Positions 26,145 to 34,750 of a stretch of DNA of 64,000 bases are shown here, piece by piece. The notes under the pieces are model-generated. The model was not told the origin of the DNA and made no database searches. It saw nothing but the letters and a program-made list of their open reading frames with translations. Positions within the stretch are counted from its first letter, which is position 1. Each line of letters begins with the position of its first letter. Location: contig JAOZIB010000018.1 of assembly GCA_026014565.1 (NCBI GenBank), positions 64,444 through 128,443 on the forward strand. The letters run 5' to 3'. A program made the translations under genes and the position numbers. The DNA comes from Candidatus Bathyarchaeum sp. (GTDB taxonomy: Archaea > Thermoproteota > Bathyarchaeia > Bathyarchaeales > Bathyarchaeaceae).

Positions 26145-27083
26145 TTATGGATAGTTGTAGCTTGGGGGTAGTCTAAGGAATCCTTCGTCTTCGACGATGT
26201 CTTGTCCGTCTTCACTGAGAACAAATGAGATAAACCGGTCAGCGAGGGAGCCACTTTCAATTGGGCTTCCAGTGATGAAGTATAGTAGTCGCGAAATTGG
26301 GTAAAGTCCGTTTTGAATGTTTTCTAGAGTTGCAGGAACGTATGCTGAGCCTTCTTCTGCTGCCAAGGATACAGCAACAATGTCGTTAGTTAGGAATCCG
26401 AAACCAACATATCCTATTGAGTTGGGTGTGTCTTTTACTGCGGTTCTTACTGCTGGATTGCTTGGTTGTTCATGAACCATAGTACTGTCAATTTCGAGGT
26501 CATATTCGTCGATTGTGTATTCTTCGAAGGTTCCGCGGGTTCCAGAACCAGATTCTCGGACAACTACATAGATTTCTGCGTCAGGTAGACTGGAGTCAAC
26601 TTGGTTCCAGTTTGTGTATTCTCCGGCAAAAATCATTGCAACTTCTTCCAAGGTTAGTTCAATGTTGCTTCCTACTGAGGGGTTAACTACCACACATACG
26701 GCGTCAAGGGCTAAGGGGTGTAGCCATAGGTCTCCTGAGTCAATTTCTGATTGTTTAGGACCACGTGAGCCCATACCTATGTCAACGGTGCCATCAAGAG
26801 CGGAGGCATAACCTGTTCCTGAGCCACCACCTTGTACGGTTACAGTGACTCCAGAATACATGTTCATAAATGCTAAAGCTGCGGAGTCAGCTACAGGCAA
26901 AACAGTTGTTGAGCCAGCAAGATTGATAGATTCTGTTCTCCATTCGCTGTCTTCGGGATACAAGTCACCAGAAACATCAGTTGTTCCTGAGTTCATGACA
27001 TATCCAATACCTAATCCAGCTACGAGAAGCACTACCATCCCGATAACTGCAATCATTGTTGAGATGCCTTTATTTGATTTCAT
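26145..27083 (-). CDS. pstS: Phosphate-binding protein PstS (membrane-anchored)
   Basis: GSTTV.P, QGGGSGTG and RESGSGTR motifs. ATG at 27083 (MKSNKGISTMIAVIG) is preferred over the track start at 27182. Confidence 0.9.
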   Translation of the reverse strand: MKSNKGISTMIAVIGMVVLLVAGLGIGYVMNSGTTDVSGDLYPEDSEWRTESINLAGSTTVLPVADSAALAFMNMYSGVTVTVQGGGSGTGYASALDGTVDIGMGSRGPKQSEIDSGDLWLHPLALDAVCVVVNPSVGSNIELTLEEVAMIFAGEYTNWNQVDSSLPDAEIYVVVRESGSGTRGTFEEYTIDEYDLEIDSTMVHEQPSNPAVRTAVKDTPNSIGYVGFGFLTNDIVAVSLAAEEGSAYVPATLENIQNGLYPISRLLYFITGSPIESGSLADRFISFVLSEDGQDIVEDEGFLRLPPSYNYP

Positions 27084-27176
27084 TATCAACTTTTCACCTA
27101 AGTTTTTTTGGTTTGATAAAATCTCACAAAAAGTATATAGTTTTCCTACATAATATATATAAACTATATAGGAAAA

Positions 27177-27188
27177 GTACAATTGTAC
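27177..27188. promoter_or_regulatory. Perfect 12-bp palindrome in the divergent pstS / AbrB-PhoU regulator promoter region
   Basis: GTACAATTGTAC lies between pstS (start 27083, minus) and the regulator (start 27220, plus). It is flanked by TATATAG repeats at 27134 and 27165. Confidence 0.4.
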
Positions 27189-27219
27189 AATTTACTTTGA
27201 ATCTACGAAGGAGTAAGAA

Positions 27220-28269
27220 TTGACTCATTCCCAACATAGTCAAAATGAGGAAACACGTAAACTCCAGATAACTGGAGGCTCTACATACGTAATTTCATTG
27301 CCAAAAAAGTGGGTTACCCAAAACAGATTAGAAAAAGGCAGCCCCTTACTTATCCGCCAAGAAGAAAAAGGCAGTTTAGAAATTTTGCCTCCAGAAATTG
27401 CCCGACCAGAAAAATCTGAAGAAGCAATGATTACAGTTAGCCCAGAGGATAAGTCAGATGAAATAATAAGAAAAACTGTTTCTGTTTATTTGTTGGGTTA
27501 CAACATCATTCACATACGAGCTAAAAACCAGCAAGAAATTTTGTCCACTCAAAGAAGCGACCTGAAAACTTTTGCCCGAAACATGCTTGTGGGAACAGAA
27601 ATAGTAACCGACACATCCAAAGCCTTGACACTACAAGTTTTGTTGAGTTATCCTGAATTGTCAGTTCCAAGTGCCTTGCGCAGAATGACAATAATTACGT
27701 CTTCGATGCATAAGGATGCTATAACTGCTCTGAAAAATAATGACCAGCAGTTAGCCCAATTTGTAAGGTCCACAGATTATGAAGTTAACAGATTTCACCT
27801 GTACATAATTCGGCAGTTGAAGATGGCAATCCGAAACCCAAGAATAGTTACAGAAATCGGATTGCAACACGCAAACGATTGTCTGGGCTACAGACTAGTA
27901 ACAAAAATGGTTGAACGAACTGCCGACCACGCAACTAACATCGCAAAAAATGTCTTGAAGCTCAAAAAACCATTAAATCCAGAGTTTTTAGATGCAATAC
28001 AAGAAATGAACAAAGTTGCGATTTCTTCTTTTGAAACCTCTATTGATTCTTTGTTCAAGAGAGACTACGAGTTAGCTGATGATGTCATCGCAAAGGGCAA
28101 CAGGATAACTGAGTTAGAAAAGAAGGCATTACTGACTTCAAAAGAAACAAACATCGAAGAAGCAACCAACAGCCGACTGGTCATTGAGAGTGTCAGACGA
28201 ATTGCAGAATACTCCATGGATATTGCAGAAATTGTCCTCAACATGACCGTGGATTCAGTGATATCATAG
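27220..28269 (+). CDS. Archaeal phosphate-uptake regulator: AbrB/SpoVT DNA-binding domain + two PhoU repeats
   Basis: KLQITGGSTYVISLPKKWV is an AbrB/SpoVT-like swapped-hairpin. PhoU-like helices follow (VERTADHATNIAKNV, VRRIAEYSMDIAEIV). TTG start. Confidence 0.8.
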   Translation: MTHSQHSQNEETRKLQITGGSTYVISLPKKWVTQNRLEKGSPLLIRQEEKGSLEILPPEIARPEKSEEAMITVSPEDKSDEIIRKTVSVYLLGYNIIHIRAKNQQEILSTQRSDLKTFARNMLVGTEIVTDTSKALTLQVLLSYPELSVPSALRRMTIITSSMHKDAITALKNNDQQLAQFVRSTDYEVNRFHLYIIRQLKMAIRNPRIVTEIGLQHANDCLGYRLVTKMVERTADHATNIAKNVLKLKKPLNPEFLDAIQEMNKVAISSFETSIDSLFKRDYELADDVIAKGNRITELEKKALLTSKETNIEEATNSRLVIESVRRIAEYSMDIAEIVLNMTVDSVIS

Positions 28270-28312
28270 ATTAAGCATTTATTTGCGAATTCCCAAAGGG
28301 TGTCTGGTGTAA

Positions 28313-29236
<924 letters not shown>

Positions 29237-29268
29237 AAAATCATGGCAACAAGTCATCAAAAATACAG

Positions 29269-29286
29269 TAAACAGCTGTTTTTTCT
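29269..29286 (+). terminator. Palindrome + T tract after pyrB
   Basis: taaacagctgttttttc: AAACAG/CTGTTT followed by a T run. Confidence 0.4.
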
Positions 29287-29438
29287 TTAAACCAAGCCTT
29301 ATAAGATGTCCTGAGAATAGTACTAGTGTAGTCGGGGAGCAAGCTCAGAACAAATTTATATTGAGCTAACGAGCAATCCGACCAAAATGACGAAAAATCA
29401 GAAAAGAAAAACATTGTTTTTTCGGGCTAGTTAAATGT

Positions 29439-29696
29439 TTGAAGATTAGACCTGATTTTGACCAATTTTCTGATATTTTCGAGGTGAAAAAATTGAATGT
29501 ACAAAATTTAGGAGAAACAGAAAAGAAAACGTATAGTTTCATTAAAAACGCAGGTGAAGTTCAGACCACTAATTTGCCAAAGCAGATGTGGGGAGCATTA
29601 CCCAGCCTGAAAAATAAGGGATTGATTGAAGTTTTTAAGAAATATACCAGCTATTTTAGAAGTCGAAAAAAGAAGTTTGTTAGAGTGAGAGAGTAA
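29439..29696 (+). CDS. Hypothetical small basic protein, possibly wHTH-like
   Basis: 85-aa ORF with a TTG start and a lysine-rich C-terminus. No secure family assignment. Confidence 0.3.
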   Translation: MKIRPDFDQFSDIFEVKKLNVQNLGETEKKTYSFIKNAGEVQTTNLPKQMWGALPSLKNKGLIEVFKKYTSYFRSRKKKFVRVRE

Positions 29697-29888
29697 GATG
29701 AGAAAGAAAAAAATCTGTGTTAAAGTAATTGACCAACAAATTCAGTGTTTGGTTGAAAATAATTTAGTAGATATAGATTTCTCAACAAGCACAATTTGAC
29801 AGAAAACAAAACGTTAAAGTCTGAACAAGGGTTAGTATATATTGATAGAATTGCGTTTAGCAAAAAATGAATTTTTGGAGAAAAAAAC

Positions 29889-31061
29889 ATGGCCTCAACG
29901 GTAGTTAAAGACGTTTTGTCAACCAACTTTAAAAGCGTAAAAAAAGACGATACTCTTTCTGTGTGTCTTTCGCTTTTTAAAGCCAAACCCACCCCCGTAA
30001 TTGTTGTTTTAAATGAAAAAGGAAAATACGTCGGTGTTATTGCCCACCGATGGATAGCCAGATCCCGCTACGACCCCGCTACAACAAAGGTAGAAACTTT
30101 GATGCACCCAGCGCCTACAGTAGCTCCCGAAGACTCCCTGAGCAAAGTTGCACAGTTGATGGTGACAAGCGGAATCAGCCAGATTCCAGTTTTCAGCCAA
30201 GACAAACTAATTGGAGTAGTCACAGACGACGCCATAATTCTAGGCGCAGTTGTGGGAAAGTGGGGAGACAAAACAGTTAGTGAATTAATGACCAAAAAAC
30301 CGTTCTTCATCGAAGAAGATGAGTCAGTAGGAGCAGTCCTGAGTCTTTTCAGGGAACATGGAATTTCTCACGCCCCAGTTCTAAAAGACGGCACCATTAC
30401 CGGAATTGTGTCAGTAGAAAACGTCATTGAAAGCGTCTTCCAACCAAGACAAAGCCAAAGAAACGGAGACATAGCAGGAGAAAAAGCTCCCGTTCTAAGC
30501 ATTCCTGCCAAAGGAATAATGACCAAGCCAGTAATTACTGTTCAACCAGAAACGATGTTAAAAGATGCAGTAAAAATAATGCAAAAAAATGACATTACTT
30601 CGTTGGTTGTAATCAACAAAGGACGATTAGCCGGAATTTTAACAAAAAGGGACGTTCTTGAACCCTTGGCGGAGTTGGAAACTCCAGAACCAAAGATTAC
30701 AGTGCAGTTTTCCACCAAAGGGGTGGGAATTAAAGAGATGCAACGGGGATTCATAATGAGTGAGTTTGAGGTTTTTGCCAACAAATACCAAAAAATCTTG
30801 GAGTCGGGAACTTTGTTTGTTTACATGAAAACCCATGGAACCAACTACAAAGGAGAGCAACTGATTCACTGTCGTCTGCAGTTTAGGACACGGAAGGGTT
30901 CTTTCTTCAGTTCTAACGAAGGATACGGGCCGGAAGCGACTTTTCGTACTGCATTAAGTCGGTTAGAAAGGCAACTTTTAAGAAGTCAAGAGTTGTCACA
31001 TGAACCAGAATATGCTAAGAAATATTTACGACGAATTGAATTTCCTACATCAGAACTATAG
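29889..31061 (+). CDS. Four-CBS-domain protein with C-terminal HPF/RaiA (S30AE)-like domain
   Basis: Four CBS repeats (e.g. GISQIPVF..DKLIGVVTDDA, GISHAPVLKDGTITGIVS, DITSLVVINKGRLAGILTKRD). The C-terminal ~110 aa follow the beta-alpha-beta-beta-beta-alpha pattern of HPF, ending EGYGPEATFRTALSRLERQLLRSQE (compare HPF [25 protein letters not shown]). Confidence 0.6.
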   Translation: MASTVVKDVLSTNFKSVKKDDTLSVCLSLFKAKPTPVIVVLNEKGKYVGVIAHRWIARSRYDPATTKVETLMHPAPTVAPEDSLSKVAQLMVTSGISQIPVFSQDKLIGVVTDDAIILGAVVGKWGDKTVSELMTKKPFFIEEDESVGAVLSLFREHGISHAPVLKDGTITGIVSVENVIESVFQPRQSQRNGDIAGEKAPVLSIPAKGIMTKPVITVQPETMLKDAVKIMQKNDITSLVVINKGRLAGILTKRDVLEPLAELETPEPKITVQFSTKGVGIKEMQRGFIMSEFEVFANKYQKILESGTLFVYMKTHGTNYKGEQLIHCRLQFRTRKGSFFSSNEGYGPEATFRTALSRLERQLLRSQELSHEPEYAKKYLRRIEFPTSEL

Positions 31062-31096
31062 TAATTTGATGCGCGGACAAACAAGGGAGGTGAAAA

Positions 31097-31213
31097 AGTG
31101 ACAATCGAAGGAAAAATGTATGCGTGCAAAGTATGTGATAACGTTGTAAAGGTCATTACACCCGGAAAAGGGATTCTTTTCTGTTGCGACCAACCAATGC
31201 AACGAGTAGACTA
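31097..31213 (+). CDS. Desulforedoxin (38 aa, Cys4 iron-binding mini-protein); not in the ORF track
   Basis: MTIEGKMYACKVCDNVVKVITPGKGILFCCDQPMQRVD matches the desulforedoxin pattern EG..Y.C..C..VVKV...G.G.L.CC...M. GGGAGGTG RBS lies at 31084-31091. GTG start. Confidence 0.8.
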
Positions 31214-31308
31214 ACCACAAAATTATTTCATTCACTTGGCGATGCAAGTATCGCTAAAAATCTTTTTTTCATTTCCAAACAAACAAGTTTGTTACATTTT
31301 TTGAGATT

Positions 31309-32388
31309 CTATAGTAGTCCTCTGCGGATAGCCCATTGAAGAGCAACAAACCCAAGAGGAAGCCTAAACCACACCCACAAAACCCGCGTGAGAACAGTTG
31401 ATGCAGCACTTATTGCGGCAGCTTCGGGTCCTAAAAGGGCGATGTAAAGGCTGGTCATTACTATTTCTATGAATCCAACTTCACCGGGCAACATGGTAGG
31501 GATGCTTTGAAGGCTACGGCTAAGAGAATAAACGATTGTTAGTAGGATAAAGTTGATTGTGAAGTATCCAAGGGAAACGAAAACAAAGTAAGACACAAGC
31601 ACACTCAGAAAATAACTTGCCAACGAAAACAGCAAAGGCAGAATCAATATTTTGGGATTTTTGCCCAAGATACCAATTGATTGGTGAAAAGATTCTAACG
31701 AAGTTTTTGCTTTTGCTTGCAGGTCTTCACGGTTTAGGCGACCTCTGGCAACCCAAACACAAAAACGTATCAGCAGGTCAATTATTTTGTGGCTGAGTTT
31801 TTCTTTTTTGCATAACAGTAAGATGAACAGTAAGGGAATTGCGGTGCCCACAGAAATTAGCACCATTAAAACAGAGACACTTGAAGGAATATCAAGACCC
31901 ATAACAAACAAGGAGATGGAGCAAAAAACAAGAATTATCACAGTTACGAGCATCGAGATTATTCGTTGTCCCAGAACGGATGCTACTACTTTTCCTGTGT
32001 TTTCACCGGATTCTTTTGCCATCAAGTAGCTTTTGGAAACATCTTCTCCAACTGCTTCTGAAGGAACAAAGAATTCTATGAAAGCCCCAACCCAGGTGAT
32101 TAACAGAGTTTTTATGAATCCAACCTTAATCGACATAGGTCGCAACAGGTACTGCCAAACTAAAGAATATGCAAACAGATTCAAGACTAAAACAACAATT
32201 GCAAGACCGTAATAGAAAACGTCAATTTGCTGGATAATTTTGAGCATTTCAGGTATGTCAACAAAAAAGTACAGGTATCCAACAAAAACTAGCAAGCCCA
32301 AAAGCAAAAGGGGAACAGCTCGTTTGAGTGACGTTTGCTTTTTGGGAAGCCACTCACTGTTATCAGCTGAAGTGTCTGTTTCAACCAC
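31309..32388 (-). CDS. Flippase-like / lysyl-PG-synthase-TM-region (UPF0104) membrane protein
   Basis: 359 aa with ~8 TM helices. Charged N-terminus then KRAVPLLLLGLLVFVGYLYF, an arrangement typical of UPF0104. Confidence 0.5.
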   Translation of the reverse strand: MVETDTSADNSEWLPKKQTSLKRAVPLLLLGLLVFVGYLYFFVDIPEMLKIIQQIDVFYYGLAIVVLVLNLFAYSLVWQYLLRPMSIKVGFIKTLLITWVGAFIEFFVPSEAVGEDVSKSYLMAKESGENTGKVVASVLGQRIISMLVTVIILVFCSISLFVMGLDIPSSVSVLMVLISVGTAIPLLFILLLCKKEKLSHKIIDLLIRFCVWVARGRLNREDLQAKAKTSLESFHQSIGILGKNPKILILPLLFSLASYFLSVLVSYFVFVSLGYFTINFILLTIVYSLSRSLQSIPTMLPGEVGFIEIVMTSLYIALLGPEAAAISAASTVLTRVLWVWFRLPLGFVALQWAIRRGLL

Positions 32389-32456
32389 TTTTACTCACGG
32401 CATCGTTTTGTTTTGACATTCCTTTTCTAAGTAACCTGCATATCAGTGTTGTTTAA

Positions 32457-33506
32457 TTAAATTCTTAAACTGCTGTATTTACTAAGAAGAGTCTTCACAG
32501 GAGCTTTTGCAAGCAAAGAATATTCTGTTGTGCAATTCATCAAACAGGGACTGCATTTCAAGGCCACAGTTTTCTTAAGCTCTTTCATCCGTTTGCTTTT
32601 CAGCAGGTCAACCATAGAATGCTCAAGCAAAGAACCCACACAATTTTCTGGTATGCGAGTGAGTCCAGGACACAAAAACAGTTTCCCTTCAGTGTTTACC
32701 GCCAAATACAAGGTGCCAGCGTCACAAAGTTTTGGAACAGTTCCAGTGATGTAATCAGGAATGTGACTCAAAAAATAGTAAGACTGGGAAAGTTTGGTGC
32801 TATACTTTGATTTCATTTCCAAAATTTGCTCCATAACACCTTCAACGGCATCTTGAGGAATAGCCCAAGAATCAGAACCAATAACGGGTTGAACAAAAAA
32901 GTAGTCTGCCCCGAAGTTTGTTACAGTTTCAAACACTTCCTGCAGTTGATGAAAATTGTGTTTGTTCAAAACAAAGTTAACACCAATGGCACAGTTACGA
33001 GGTTTGGTTTGTGCCAAAATCTTTAATCCCCGAGCCGCCCCCTCAAACGCTCCTTTTTTTCCACGTACTTTGTCGTGAATTTGTGATAACCCATCAAAAG
33101 AGATAGAAATAGACTGAAACAAGTTAACCAGTTTTTTTGCCCGCTCTTTAGTGATCAAAGTTCCATTTGTACTCAAAGAAGCAACCAACCCGTTTTCTGT
33201 GGCGTATTGTGCAATGTCTTCGAGGTCGGGTCTGAGTAATGCTTCTCCACCAGTTATGCCAATTGACATGACATCTGCAGAAACTAAATTGTCAATGACC
33301 AGTTTTGCTTGCTCAAGGGTCAGGTCGTTGCCTAATTTTTTTCGGTAAAAGTCTTGGCGGTCACAAAAAAAACAGTTCAAATTGCACTTGTAAGTTACAT
33401 CCCACGCAACAAACAAAGGCGAAGGCACACCTAACTTAATTTTTGAATAAAGCCGTAACGTGCGCATCAAAGGCATGTTCAGTTTAAGGGGATTTACGTT
33501 CACCAA
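32457..33506 (-). CDS. Radical SAM protein with SPASM-type C-terminal Cys cluster
   Basis: CNLNCFFC (CxxxCxxC), a GGEALL glycine motif, and the C-terminal CDAG...LCPG...CSPCLMNC. Confidence 0.8.
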   Translation of the reverse strand: MVNVNPLKLNMPLMRTLRLYSKIKLGVPSPLFVAWDVTYKCNLNCFFCDRQDFYRKKLGNDLTLEQAKLVIDNLVSADVMSIGITGGEALLRPDLEDIAQYATENGLVASLSTNGTLITKERAKKLVNLFQSISISFDGLSQIHDKVRGKKGAFEGAARGLKILAQTKPRNCAIGVNFVLNKHNFHQLQEVFETVTNFGADYFFVQPVIGSDSWAIPQDAVEGVMEQILEMKSKYSTKLSQSYYFLSHIPDYITGTVPKLCDAGTLYLAVNTEGKLFLCPGLTRIPENCVGSLLEHSMVDLLKSKRMKELKKTVALKCSPCLMNCTTEYSLLAKAPVKTLLSKYSSLRI

Positions 33507-33521
33507 ACTGTAGCACCTCCG

Positions 33522-34613
33522 TTATTGCATGGCTCCATTGTTTGCACATATATCGCAAATCGTTTTTTTGTTTCCAGAAATTCCCCGAGCAACCCTTTCC
33601 CGTGAAGCCTGATAAGCCCGATTATTCCAAACTGCAGAAAATCCTTCTTCAAAGGCGTTTCCAAATTTCCATTTTTCTCCGTAAACGTTACAGCAAGGGA
33701 AAACGTTCCCATCCCAGTTTATCACAGAACGCGTCCACAACGACGAACAATCATTACTTAGAGCTTTTTTGCGTTGTTTGGAAGCTGCGCTGTATGCAGA
33801 ATAACGTTCATCAGTGGGTAACCATTCTTTCACGTTTTCAAACTGAGCCTTAGCATCCAAAAAGAATCGCTGGCTCATGTCACAAAGAAGTTTTGCAAAT
33901 TCTATGTAATCAACGCCAACCTCTTTGGCCAGTTGTTCTGCTTTGGAAATTTCTTTTTCTGTGAATCGGGTAACAAAATATTTCCACTGCACCAACGGTT
34001 TTTGAAAATTCAAAGCCCGTTTTTGTTTGATTACCTGTTTTAGGTTAGAAAACACGGTGGCAAAATTGTTTCCTCGTTGATAAGTCTCAACAGTTTCCTG
34101 ACTGGCCCCATCCAAAGAAACCATCAACAGGTTTAACCCAGACCGTAACAACTCATTGCAAATTTTGTCATCAAAAACGTTCAGGTTCGTGCTTGTGGTC
34201 ACCAAAATGTTGTGGTCTTTTGCGTACCGGACCATCCGGAAAAAATCTTTGTTCAGAAAGGGTTCACCCCAGTTGTATAACTCAACAAATATCAGGTAAT
34301 CCCCAAGTTCGTCAATGATTTTTTTAAAGTTTTCAAAACTAAGAAACCCTTGGGGCAAATCTGTTTTTTCTTGACCAGTTGGGCACAATGCACAACGTAA
34401 AGGGCAAACGTTTCCAGTTTCAATAGTCAAGTGATACGGGAACCCAGCAACAACTGATGGCTTCAAAAAACGATGCTGAAGCTCAACCAAAATAAAGTTA
34501 AGAATCGCTTTTGGTTTAGTTAAAAACCCAATCAAATCTCGAGGCTGACCCTTAATGAAAGAAAAAAACTGGCTGAACTCGTTTTGACCAAGCCTCAATT
34601 CACGGGTACTCAT
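33522..34613 (-). CDS. Radical SAM protein with SPASM-type C-terminal Cys cluster
   Basis: CPLRCALC (CxxxCxxC), NWGEPFL, and the C-terminal WDGNVFPCCNVY...CDICANNG. Confidence 0.8.
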   Translation of the reverse strand: MSTRELRLGQNEFSQFFSFIKGQPRDLIGFLTKPKAILNFILVELQHRFLKPSVVAGFPYHLTIETGNVCPLRCALCPTGQEKTDLPQGFLSFENFKKIIDELGDYLIFVELYNWGEPFLNKDFFRMVRYAKDHNILVTTSTNLNVFDDKICNELLRSGLNLLMVSLDGASQETVETYQRGNNFATVFSNLKQVIKQKRALNFQKPLVQWKYFVTRFTEKEISKAEQLAKEVGVDYIEFAKLLCDMSQRFFLDAKAQFENVKEWLPTDERYSAYSAASKQRKKALSNDCSSLWTRSVINWDGNVFPCCNVYGEKWKFGNAFEEGFSAVWNNRAYQASRERVARGISGNKKTICDICANNGAMQ

Positions 34614-34750
34614 TCTAAGCAGAACCTATTCAGTTGGTATGCTATGTTGCTAATAATAATTTATCAAAATGCAGCCATAACATTACAAATCTTCTAAAAA
34701 ATAAAAAACAGGGGTACCCAGGTACCCAAGGATATTAGAAAAAAGGACGT

